Source: Chlamydiales bacterium (GTDB lineage Bacteria > Chlamydiota > Chlamydiia > Chlamydiales > SM23-39). Taken from it: a stretch of 32,000 nucleotides of DNA. The stretch's first letter is position 1. Every line of letters starts with the position of its first letter. Below are positions 8,692-17,222 of this stretch, one piece after another. Below the pieces are notes generated by a model. That model was given only the letters and a program-made list of their open reading frames with translations. It searched no databases and had not been told where the DNA came from. The position numbers were made by a program, and so were the translations under genes. The stretch lies in contig OZ253438.1 of NCBI GenBank assembly GCA_965261025.1, forward strand, positions 270,001 through 302,000. Direction: 5' to 3'.

Positions 8692-10209
8692 ATGGAAGGT
8701 CAAGTCAATTCTTTTAAAGATCACCTCGCTGGTGAGAACTTTTTCTCATTACCCGAGGCTGGCCGGGAGCTTTCAGTAGAAGAAACGGGCAGAGTTGCCG
8801 GAACTCTTTTCGCACACAATAGTTTTAATTACTTTAACAGCCAAATTCCAAACTATCCTCAGCTTTCTGAGGAGTTGCGTAGTATTAGTTCACACCCTAG
8901 CTTTACTTTGCCTCTTGGAGCGATTAATAATCCTGTAGGATTTGGACATCATGAGATTGACTCGAAGTTTTCCAGCAACTGCGGGGCAACATTCTCAGAT
9001 CCATCTAAAGAAGTAAACATTGACGCCCTTTCCTATCAGATACGAGGAGAGACAGCGCGTCATTATGGGTATTATGGTCAGGCAGTGGATGACTTTAGCA
9101 AAGCCATTAGCATGAACCCGATAGATCCTATGCCCTATCTACAAAGGAGCGTCTCTTATTTTGATATGGGTCAATATAATGAGTCTTTCGAAGATTTTCG
9201 GGAATTTACTACTCAAGTTGAGAAAGCGCCGGAAAAGATCCCATTTTCGACTCCAGAATTTACTCTTGGATTTGCAAAAGGGCTTCCGAAAGGAGTTTAC
9301 GAATCTGGAAAAGGGATTATGTTATTTCTTGGGGATTTGATCACCCATCCCATTCATACTTCAACACAGATGTATGAAGCGCTTTCAACACTTGCTAGTT
9401 TGGCTCATAACGATGAATGGGGTATTATTGGTGAGGTATTATCTCCAGAAATTCACCAATTGATTGTCCAGTGGGATACTCTTCCTTCAGATGAAAGAGG
9501 AGAATTAGCTGGATATGCGTTTGGAAAACATGGAGCAGACATAGTAGTCCCTGGAGCCGCAGCCAAAATTGCAAGTAAGAGTGTAAAGAGTGCTAGAGAG
9601 CTAGTGACCATTTTAAAAAATCTCCAAATAGCTGAAGAAACACTTGTTCTAGAAACGGCCGCGGGAGTAGGGAATACCGTTAAGGTCGGAGAAATTATAA
9701 AATCAGGCAAAAGTACTCTCTTTTTAGGAGAGGAATTAGGATTTACTGCAAAAGAAATGGGTCACCTAAAGCAGGCTGGGAAACTAGAAACCATTGTAAC
9801 AAAAGCTTATGAGAATCTGAATCTACCAATGCAAGAATCCATTAAGTTGTTCGATAAAGCTGAGGAATTCTTAAAGCCTTACCGGGAATTTATGCCCGAA
9901 GTTCGATGTAGAGAACTTATTCACAAAGCTGGCCTCCCAACCTTTCCTCGACCAGGAGGTATTCCAAAGAATTTCAGAGTCAAGGTCTCTGATAAGGGCG
10001 CTGGAATGACTTACTATCATCCAGAACATACTCATACTTCTATTAGAGTTATGCCCGGTAAACCTCACAGTCCCTGGCCTTATCAGCAAAAGCCTTATGT
10101 CATTCAAACAAAGAATGGAAGAATCTTAGATAAAGCAGGCAATGTGGTATCTCGTGATGCCCCAGAAGCTCATATAGCACTTGAAGAATTCATTTTTATA
10201 GGAGATTAA
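8692..10209 (+). CDS. 5'-truncated paralogue of 4035-6170 (orphan toxin module) with a different C-terminal module (9790-10206)
   Basis: Homology to copy 1 starts at about 8612 at a constant offset of 3952 nt. The signal peptide and TM helix are missing, and the first ATG is at 8692. The last 139 aa are unrelated to copy 1. Confidence 0.6.
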   Translation: MEGQVNSFKDHLAGENFFSLPEAGRELSVEETGRVAGTLFAHNSFNYFNSQIPNYPQLSEELRSISSHPSFTLPLGAINNPVGFGHHEIDSKFSSNCGATFSDPSKEVNIDALSYQIRGETARHYGYYGQAVDDFSKAISMNPIDPMPYLQRSVSYFDMGQYNESFEDFREFTTQVEKAPEKIPFSTPEFTLGFAKGLPKGVYESGKGIMLFLGDLITHPIHTSTQMYEALSTLASLAHNDEWGIIGEVLSPEIHQLIVQWDTLPSDERGELAGYAFGKHGADIVVPGAAAKIASKSVKSARELVTILKNLQIAEETLVLETAAGVGNTVKVGEIIKSGKSTLFLGEELGFTAKEMGHLKQAGKLETIVTKAYENLNLPMQESIKLFDKAEEFLKPYREFMPEVRCRELIHKAGLPTFPRPGGIPKNFRVKVSDKGAGMTYYHPEHTHTSIRVMPGKPHSPWPYQQKPYVIQTKNGRILDKAGNVVSRDAPEAHIALEEFIFIGD

Positions 10210-10211
10210 TC

Positions 10212-10562
10212 TTGAAACTTAATGAAGAAGATAAAAACTATATCCTGCAGGAACACCTAAAGCATATCTCTTGTATAGCCGATAAAGAATATCAAAAAAG
10301 AGTTTGGATAAATGGAGAAGGTCCTCAAGTGGATAGTTTTGAGGATACTGTTTGTGACTTTTTTACAACCTGTGACACTATTTTAGAGAATTATAAGGAC
10401 TTTAAGGTCACTGGCAAACAATATGATGTTTTAAAGCTCTTCCGTGATCGGTTCAGGGTTTTTTCAGATAAAAACAACCACCCTCATGAGTTCATAGATT
10501 CCCCAGAATGGGAACAAATTATGCGATTGGCAACGGAAGTACTAAAAGAGTTTAACTACTAA
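10212..10562 (+). CDS. Small protein, putative immunity or partner for the orphan C-terminal module
   Basis: 116-aa ORF starting at a TTG 2 nt after the toxin stop, with GGAGA about 7 nt upstream. It is unrelated to 6154-6414. Confidence 0.5.
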   Translation: MKLNEEDKNYILQEHLKHISCIADKEYQKRVWINGEGPQVDSFEDTVCDFFTTCDTILENYKDFKVTGKQYDVLKLFRDRFRVFSDKNNHPHEFIDSPEWEQIMRLATEVLKEFNY

Positions 10563-10640
10563 ATAGTTGAAGAAACACTTGTGCTGGAAACTGCTGCCGG
10601 AATTGGAAACACAGCTAGAGCAGGAGAAATCTTAAATGCT
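10561..10640 (+). pseudogene. 80-nt stub of the toxin conserved region (encodes 'EETLVLETAAGIGNTARAGEILNA')
   Basis: Ungapped hand alignment to 5674-5753 gives 4 mismatches in 80 nt. It ends where the tRNA flank 'tataaagatgggg' begins. Confidence 0.8.
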
Positions 10641-10648
10641 TATAAAGA

Positions 10649-10722
<74 letters not shown>

Positions 10723-10735
10723 GAGAAGGAACAAG

Positions 10736-10765
10736 AATATAACCGATTTATTTTAGGGAATGCAA
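10736..10765 (-). promoter_or_regulatory. Sigma-70-like promoter candidate for the tRNA
   Basis: On the minus strand: TTGCAT, a 17-nt spacer, then TTATAT, ending about 14 nt upstream of the tRNA 5' end. Confidence 0.4.
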
Positions 10766-10768
10766 GAA

Positions 10769-11029
10769 CTATAATGTCATAAAAACAAGTTCGAAATCAC
10801 GGAGCTCTCTATAGATTTTTTCTACCTGAGATAAACTGTCTGCACGAATTGTAAAAGTTAAAGAGAGATATTTTTTGTTTTTACTCCACTTTCTTCGAAT
10901 TCTATGGGAAGGAAGCTCTTTTACGTGATCCTCTACAATGGTAATAACCCTGCTTTCAAAGTGAGAAGTAGCCGGTCCCACTACCTTTATGGGGTATTCA
11001 CAAGGAAACTGATAGTAACTCTCCTGCAT
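10769..11029 (-). CDS. YbeD-like DUF493 (UPF0250) protein
   Basis: 86 aa. The 'FPCEYPIKVVG' motif and the size are typical of YbeD. Confidence 0.7.
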   Translation of the reverse strand: MQESYYQFPCEYPIKVVGPATSHFESRVITIVEDHVKELPSHRIRRKWSKNKKYLSLTFTIRADSLSQVEKIYRELRDFELVFMTL

Positions 11030-11075
11030 AAAGCCCTGTATAGAGTAGAGCTCATTTATTGTTCAACGAGAAAAC

Positions 11076-11438
11076 TTAACCTTCACAGAAGGGAAAGTAT
11101 TTTTGGGCCGCATGCACGGTATGTTTGGTAATAAGAGTATTTTTGAGAGCTCCAGGGTTGTTTGCCAGTTTTATAAGATCATCTGCTGTAATAAGCACAA
11201 CTGCCATACTCAATAGCCCAACAAAACTCACAGGAGTACATACAAAACAAGAAGCTATAGAAGGAGCAGCAAGAAAAACTTGAAAAACTATCGCTAATAC
11301 TCTAAATGTCAATTCATTAGAAGGTTCAGAAGCGGGCTTTTTTTCCCTAAGACCCTCTTTAAGAAGGATTGCGGTTTTCCTAAAGTTGTCTATATTCCTA
11401 TATAGACAATTTCCTACAATAGGAGAAATCTGTGACAT
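11076..11438 (-). CDS. Small membrane protein with a bilobed hydrophobic domain (Inc-like)
   Basis: 120 aa. 'FRVLAIVFQVFLAAPSIASCFVCTPVSFVGLLSMAVVLI' forms two hydrophobic lobes joined by a short turn. Confidence 0.45.
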   Translation of the reverse strand: MSQISPIVGNCLYRNIDNFRKTAILLKEGLREKKPASEPSNELTFRVLAIVFQVFLAAPSIASCFVCTPVSFVGLLSMAVVLITADDLIKLANNPGALKNTLITKHTVHAAQKYFPFCEG

Positions 11439-11595
11439 AAAACCTCTAGTTTAGTTATTAGAGTGATACTATAAATAATTTCATTATTATATGCAATTTA
11501 TATTTATTTTATTAAATAGTCTTTTTTTGATTCTTCTATTTAATAAAAGCTCCTTTTACCATGGGTTGTTTTTTTAAAAAGAGTGATAACATAGG

Positions 11596-12831
11596 GTGAG
11601 AGATTTATATCAAAAAAAAACTTGTCAAACCCTCTTTTTTTACGGGCTACTTGGGGAACCTTTATTTACCCTATGTGGTTTTATTCCCTATATTTTATGT
11701 AATAATTTAGGAGCCAATGGGTTACAAATAGCTCTTCTCACTACTCTGAAGCCGGTAGTTTCCTTATTCTCTTTTTATTGGAGCGCTTCTTTAAAAGAGA
11801 AGGGAGCAAAATTAAGAAGCAACCTAGTCTATGCCTCTTTTTTAGCAAGAGTTCCTTTCTTGTTCTTTCCTTTTATTTCAAGCTCTTGGTTTTTAATAGG
11901 ATCAAGTGCTATTTATCTATTATTTTCTAGAGCAGCAATTCCTGCTTGGTCTGAGGTTTTAAGACTAAATCTCCCTGAGGAAAGTAGAGGAAAGGCCTTT
12001 TCTTGGAGCTTTTCTTTCAGCTATTTGGAAGGAATGGGGCTTTCTTTGGCAGTAGGGGCTATTTTAGACCAAAATCAAGATCTTTGGAGGTGGCTTTTTT
12101 TTCTTGCAGCCCTCATAGGAATGGCAGGAGTTTATCTTATTTTTAAACTTCCTATAAAACATATTTTTACCACCCCTTTAGAAACAAGATCTAACTCTTT
12201 TCAAAAAAAAATGATGAAACCTTGGAAAGACACCTATTCTCTCTTGAAAACTCGTCCAGATTTTGCTCTATTTCAATGGGGATTTATGGTATGCGGTTTT
12301 GGAATCATGCTAGTGCAACCTATTTTGCCCTTTACCTTGATAGAGCATTTTCAGTTTAGCTACATGCAATTTGGTATAGCAAGTATTGCTTGTAAGGGGT
12401 TTTGTATTGTTCTTTCTTCTCCTTTTTGGGGAAGAATTCTTCATAGAATCTCTCCCTTTACAATCTCTGCTAGTATCTTTTTTCTGACGGCTCTTTTTTT
12501 ATTTACCCTTCATAGTGCCTATTTTTCCCCCTTTTTGGCTTATATAGCCTTTGGTTTTTATGGAATAGCTCAAGGAGGAAGTCATCTTCTATGGAATCTT
12601 TCTGGGACTTATTTTTCTAAAAAAGAAGACAGCTCTTCTTTTAGTGGGGTCAATGTAGTTATGGTGGGAATTAGAGGATTCGTAGCCCCTTTTTTAGGAG
12701 CTTTTCTTGCTTTTTTCTTTTCTTCTTCTTGTATCCTTTTTTTAGGAGCCCTTTTCTGTCTTGCGGCCGCTTTTCTTGTTTTGAAAAACGGAAAAAAGAG
12801 CTTCTCTTTAGATGGCCTTTCTAAGAATTAA
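11596..12831 (+). CDS. Polytopic membrane transporter, MFS-like
   Basis: 411 aa with about 12 hydrophobic segments and a central cytoplasmic loop. GTG start. Confidence 0.55.
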   Translation: MRDLYQKKTCQTLFFYGLLGEPLFTLCGFIPYILCNNLGANGLQIALLTTLKPVVSLFSFYWSASLKEKGAKLRSNLVYASFLARVPFLFFPFISSSWFLIGSSAIYLLFSRAAIPAWSEVLRLNLPEESRGKAFSWSFSFSYLEGMGLSLAVGAILDQNQDLWRWLFFLAALIGMAGVYLIFKLPIKHIFTTPLETRSNSFQKKMMKPWKDTYSLLKTRPDFALFQWGFMVCGFGIMLVQPILPFTLIEHFQFSYMQFGIASIACKGFCIVLSSPFWGRILHRISPFTISASIFFLTALFLFTLHSAYFSPFLAYIAFGFYGIAQGGSHLLWNLSGTYFSKKEDSSSFSGVNVVMVGIRGFVAPFLGAFLAFFFSSSCILFLGALFCLAAAFLVLKNGKKSFSLDGLSKN

Positions 12832-12876
12832 TAGGATTTTTTAAATAAAACTTTTCTCTTTAATAGCATTTAGGTT

Positions 12877-14082
12877 ATGGGTTCTCTTATGAGGAGAATA
12901 TATAAAACCATGACCTGTAAAAATTGGATTTTCCTTTTTTTTCTTTTCCTAGCTCCTATTTTTTCTGAGGAAGAGCTAGCAGTTATTCTTACTCGTTCTG
13001 ATGAGATTCCTTGTGAATCTTTAGAAGAAGGGTCAGATGCTTACTACGAAGGATACATACAAGCCTTAGTAGATATGCACTATTACGAGTTTCGGGTAAT
13101 TGTCATTGCTAGGAATCAAAATGTTTGGCTTGGGAATCTTCCCAAAAACAAGCTGATTTCTAAAAGTATTCTTTCCTTTGTAGCAGAGATTCCCGGGGTC
13201 AAAAAAGTAAAGGAATTGAAAGGGGAAGTGTTAGAAAAAGATAAGAAGATGCATGAAAAATATGAGTCTTGCTTCAAACCAAAGGGTATTTGGTTTCCCC
13301 AGACTACAGAGCTTTTTTTACCCATGGTAGCCAATCCTAGGCAGGTTACGAATTCTTTAGGATATAGGCAAAATGACTCTGTTGTAGGAAGAAAAGCGGT
13401 TCCTATCTCTTTAGGGGATAACTTTCCCATTTATCGTTGGATTGATGTAGGTAGTCATGGAGATCTTCAGGTGAGTCTTGAATCGGGAATTTGGGCTGTT
13501 TTTGATTTGGATCCACCAAAACCTAGAATTAATTCAGGAACTGCTTTGGTAAATACCGACTTCTATGTAGGGATTCCTCTGGCGTATGCCTCTGATGCTT
13601 GGTCTTTTCGTTTTCGTCTCTATCATATCTCTTCTCATTTAGGGGATGAGTTCTTGGTAAATAATCCGGGATATCTCCGGAAAAACCCCAGTTTTGAAGC
13701 AATAGATCTATTTGTTTCCTACCAGCTTTTAGGCTCTTTAAGAGTTTATTTAGGATTAGGGGATATTTTGCATAGTGATCCTTCTTTTCATCTTAAACCT
13801 TTCTATCTAGAATATGGAGGGGAATACCGATTTTTAGGACAGAAGTTTCACAAACAAAAAATGTACGGGACTTTTTTTGCCGGTGCCCATTTTCGTACCT
13901 ATCAGTATCTTGATTATGACTTTGATGGAACCTTTGTAGCTGGCTATGAGTTTAGTAAATTGCAGGGAATTGGCAGGAAATTCCGGATTTTTGCTGAATA
14001 CCACAAGGGTTTTTCTGTAGAAGGACAATTTATGAAAGAAAGAGCCCAATATTGGAGTTATCAGTTCTCCTATAACTTTTAA
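12877..14082 (+). CDS. Secreted or outer-membrane protein, DUF1207-like
   Basis: 401 aa with a signal-like N-terminus. 'FPQTTELFLPMVANPRQ' and 'YHISSHLGDEFL', together with the size, recall the chlamydial DUF1207 family. The C-terminus ends in aromatic residues. Confidence 0.55.
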   Translation: MGSLMRRIYKTMTCKNWIFLFFLFLAPIFSEEELAVILTRSDEIPCESLEEGSDAYYEGYIQALVDMHYYEFRVIVIARNQNVWLGNLPKNKLISKSILSFVAEIPGVKKVKELKGEVLEKDKKMHEKYESCFKPKGIWFPQTTELFLPMVANPRQVTNSLGYRQNDSVVGRKAVPISLGDNFPIYRWIDVGSHGDLQVSLESGIWAVFDLDPPKPRINSGTALVNTDFYVGIPLAYASDAWSFRFRLYHISSHLGDEFLVNNPGYLRKNPSFEAIDLFVSYQLLGSLRVYLGLGDILHSDPSFHLKPFYLEYGGEYRFLGQKFHKQKMYGTFFAGAHFRTYQYLDYDFDGTFVAGYEFSKLQGIGRKFRIFAEYHKGFSVEGQFMKERAQYWSYQFSYNF

Positions 14083-14159
14083 GAAAATTCTAGAAAAGAA
14101 AGCTTTACATAGAAAAGAAAAGGCAACTTTTATAAATTAAACCCTTTCGAGGGGCTTTT

Positions 14160-15035
14160 ATGGGAAAAAGAACGCCAAGAAGTTTTGGAGCTCATGACGG
14201 ATCTTTTCATGCTGATGAGATAACTGCTTGTGCTCTCCTTTTATTATTCGATCTGATTGACAAAGATAAAATTCACAGAACCAGAGATCCTCTTTCCTTG
14301 GAAAAATGCGAATACGTCTGTGATGTAGGGGGAATTTATGACCCTTCGCAAAAAAGATTTGATCATCATCAGGCAGAGTATCAGGGGTCTTTAAGCAGTG
14401 CAGGAATGGTTTTAAAGTATTTAAGAGACCAGAAGATAATTTCCGTAGAACTTTATGATCATTTTAACCGTAGCCTGGTGGAGGGAGTAGATGCTCATGA
14501 TAATGGTATTGCCCCTAAAGAATCGGGCTACTGTTTCTTCTCCCAGATTGTATCTAATTTTCTTCCCGTTCATTATGAAGCTACCTTGAAAGAGTATCAA
14601 CAAGCTTTCCTGCAGGCCTTGGAGTTTGTTTTTGGGCATTTAAAAAGGTCTAAAGAACGTTTTGAATATGTTAGGAAAGCTCGGGACAAGGTAAGAAAAA
14701 GCATGGAAGGCAACCAAAAGGTATTGATATTTGAAGAGTCCCTTCCTTGGATGGAGAATTTTTTTCTGTTGGGGGGAGAGTTTCACCCTGCTCTTTTTGT
14801 TTTGATGCCTACAGGAACTCATTGGAAGCTAAGGGGAATTCCTCCTTCTCTAAGAGATAGGATGAAAGTAAGATACCCACTGCCTAAGCAGTGGGCGGGC
14901 CTTCATGATGCAGATTTACAAAAAGTAACGGGTATTGAAGGGTCTATTTTTTGTCATAAGGGGCAGTTTATTTCTATTTGGGAAACCAAAGAGGCTGCCT
15001 TGAAGGCTTTAGAAGTTATTTTGAAGGGAAAATGA
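14160..15035 (+). CDS. MYG1/UPF0160 family metal-dependent hydrolase
   Basis: N-terminal 'GAHDGSFHADEITACALL' and 'FDHHQ' motifs. Confidence 0.85.
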   Translation: MGKRTPRSFGAHDGSFHADEITACALLLLFDLIDKDKIHRTRDPLSLEKCEYVCDVGGIYDPSQKRFDHHQAEYQGSLSSAGMVLKYLRDQKIISVELYDHFNRSLVEGVDAHDNGIAPKESGYCFFSQIVSNFLPVHYEATLKEYQQAFLQALEFVFGHLKRSKERFEYVRKARDKVRKSMEGNQKVLIFEESLPWMENFFLLGGEFHPALFVLMPTGTHWKLRGIPPSLRDRMKVRYPLPKQWAGLHDADLQKVTGIEGSIFCHKGQFISIWETKEAALKALEVILKGK

Positions 15036-15367
15036 GCACAGTATTTAGTAAAATTATTCAGAAAAAGCTTCCCGCTGAGATCATTTTGGAAAATGAGCAT
15101 TGTATCGTAATTAAAGACATAGCTCCTCAAGCGCCTGTCCACCTTCTCATCATTCCAAAGAAAGAGATAAGTAATTTGCAAGGAATGAAAAAAGAGGATT
15201 TTTTTTTATTGCAAGAGATAGGGAAAATAGCCCAGGAGCTTGCTCTTTCTTTCGGCATAGAAAAAGGATATAGGCTTCTTACGAATGTAGGAGAGGACGC
15301 AGGGCAGACTGTATTTCATCTCCATTTTCATTTATTAGGTGGGGATAAGCTAAGGCATCTTGTTTAG
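15032..15367 (+). CDS. HIT-family (HinT-like) nucleotide hydrolase
   Basis: The histidine triad 'HLHFHLLGG' is present. ATG 15032 overlaps the MYG1 stop (ATGA). The longer ORF starting at 14978 was rejected. Confidence 0.9.
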   Translation: MSTVFSKIIQKKLPAEIILENEHCIVIKDIAPQAPVHLLIIPKKEISNLQGMKKEDFFLLQEIGKIAQELALSFGIEKGYRLLTNVGEDAGQTVFHLHFHLLGGDKLRHLV

Positions 15368-15448
15368 AGGATCTCTTGGGAAAAATTCCCTTTTCTTCTT
15401 TTTTTTAAGTTTTTTTTTTTTATCATGGGGAAAAGAGAGTCTTTCTAA

Positions 15449-17164
15449 ATGAAATGGGCTGTATTTCTCCTTCTTTCTCCTTTTTTTCTTTTGGCAAAAG
15501 AGGCTTCTTTTTTTCAGGAGGATCTTCGAAGAATAGAAAAGCTTCTTTTTATAGAAAGTTTTTCTACCGCCTTGAAGATTTCTTCTCAACTTTTAGAAAA
15601 ATATCCAGAAGAAAAAGAAGTTCAATCTATTCATATCCAGAGTCTTATAGGTATAAAAGAGCCTGCAAAAGCTTTAGAGTGTTATCTGAGGTGGGAGCAA
15701 AACTTTAAAGACTTTACTCTTTTAGAAAAGATTTGCTGGGCTTTTTTAGAGGAAGGGGTTTCTTCTTCTCAATACGCTGTGCAGATAGCCTCTTTAATGG
15801 GAGCTTTTTTTACCCAGGATGCAAAGACAGTTCTCATCTTGTTAAAAATGATGGATAGCTCTCATGCTGCAGTTCGTTCTTTAGCCGTGCAACTTTCTGG
15901 ATATTATGGTGATCAAAAGTTGAAAGAAAAAATAGGGAGCCTTGTCAAAAAAGAAAATGCCTGGCCTGTCCGCCTTGAATTGATTCAAGCTTTAGGAAAG
16001 CTTGGGATAAAAAAAGAGAGAAGCTATTTAGAAAAACTTTTAGAAAAAGAAGAAGGGGTTTTAGAAGAGAAAATGGCAGCAATTCAAGCCCTTGTAGATA
16101 TGTATGAGGAGGTTCCTTGGGAAAAAATTTCTCCTTTGGTGAAAAGCCGAAGGGCATATACCAGGATTTTAGCATGTCGGTTGATTTCTCATTTTTCTAT
16201 TAAAAAGGCAAGGGGATATCTAGTTCCTCTTTTTTACGATGAACACCCTCATGTTCGAATAGAGGCTTTAAATGCTTTTGCTCTTACCTTCTTTTCTGAA
16301 ATGGATCAGGAAGAAGAAAAAATAATAAGAAGACTTGCTCACGAAAAGCATCCTTTTGTTGCTATTACAGCTAGTTGGATTTTATTTTTAAAAAATCCCA
16401 AACAAGAGTTTTTGCTCAAAAGGTGGTTGGAAGCAGAAAAGAAAGAAAATAGGTGGGTAGCTTCCGCAGCTCTTTCAACAGCAGGACAAAGAGGAATTTT
16501 GTTAGCAAAAAAAATGATCCAAGAAAGTAAAGATCCCTACGTTCGGGTAAACCTTGCTTTAGGTCTAATCCGCCATGGAGAAAAAGGAGAAGAGGAAAAA
16601 GAGATTTTAGTAAAAGCCCTTAACAAAGAAGGGCAAAGATGGATGAGAAGTAATGTTTCGAATTATTTATTTCCCATGTTAGTTCCTTCGAACTTAGTTC
16701 GAGAAGGCTCCCACTTTTCTGTTCCAGAACAGGAAGATCAAAAGGCTCGTTTTGAGATGATATCCCTTCTTGCTTTGCTAGGGGACTGTAGAGCAGAGCA
16801 GTATATTCATAGCCTTTTAGCAAAAAATTCCCTTCTAACAAAGGAGGCTCTTTTCTTTCTTTGGAAGGAAAAACCTTTCTTTTCTTCAGAACTGATAAAC
16901 CTTCTTCTGAAAGAGGGAAAAGAAGAACAAAGGCTGCAAAAAGCTCTTGTTTTAGCGATTTTTGCCAAAGAAGAAAGAGCTTTACAAGAGCTGGAAAAAG
17001 CGTATTTTTCTGCAAGCTATGAACAAAAAATTCAGATTTTGGAAGCGATGTTTCAAATAGGCAGAGTAGAGAATGCTTCCTTTTTCAAGAAGGTACTGCA
17101 AGAGCCTTTTTTGACACTTCGCATTCTTGGAGCTTCTGCTTTTTTACAAGCTATAAAAAGATAA
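15449..17164 (+). CDS. HEAT-repeat protein with an N-terminal signal sequence
   Basis: 571 aa. 'MKWAVFLLLSPFFLLAKE' is signal-like. There are repeated 'D..(H/W)..VR..A..AL' HEAT/PBS-lyase-type units. Confidence 0.65.
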   Translation: MKWAVFLLLSPFFLLAKEASFFQEDLRRIEKLLFIESFSTALKISSQLLEKYPEEKEVQSIHIQSLIGIKEPAKALECYLRWEQNFKDFTLLEKICWAFLEEGVSSSQYAVQIASLMGAFFTQDAKTVLILLKMMDSSHAAVRSLAVQLSGYYGDQKLKEKIGSLVKKENAWPVRLELIQALGKLGIKKERSYLEKLLEKEEGVLEEKMAAIQALVDMYEEVPWEKISPLVKSRRAYTRILACRLISHFSIKKARGYLVPLFYDEHPHVRIEALNAFALTFFSEMDQEEEKIIRRLAHEKHPFVAITASWILFLKNPKQEFLLKRWLEAEKKENRWVASAALSTAGQRGILLAKKMIQESKDPYVRVNLALGLIRHGEKGEEEKEILVKALNKEGQRWMRSNVSNYLFPMLVPSNLVREGSHFSVPEQEDQKARFEMISLLALLGDCRAEQYIHSLLAKNSLLTKEALFFLWKEKPFFSSELINLLLKEGKEEQRLQKALVLAIFAKEERALQELEKAYFSASYEQKIQILEAMFQIGRVENASFFKKVLQEPFLTLRILGASAFLQAIKR

Positions 17165-17222
17165 ATTCTCTATTTAATATTTATCAGTTGAACTGATATC
17201 ACGAGAAAAAAGACCTTTTTGT

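Noticed and set aside
14978-15031. Longer 5' extension of the HIT gene (ORF track start at 14978)
   Set aside because: The extension lies wholly inside the MYG1 coding region. ATG 15032 gives the canonical HIT N-terminus and a typical ATGA overlap.
15350-15589. 79-aa Lys-rich minus-strand ORF, and + strand ORF 15454-15708
   Set aside because: They are produced by poly-T/poly-A tracts in the intergenic region and the 5' end of the HEAT gene. They overlap a better-supported frame that has a signal peptide.
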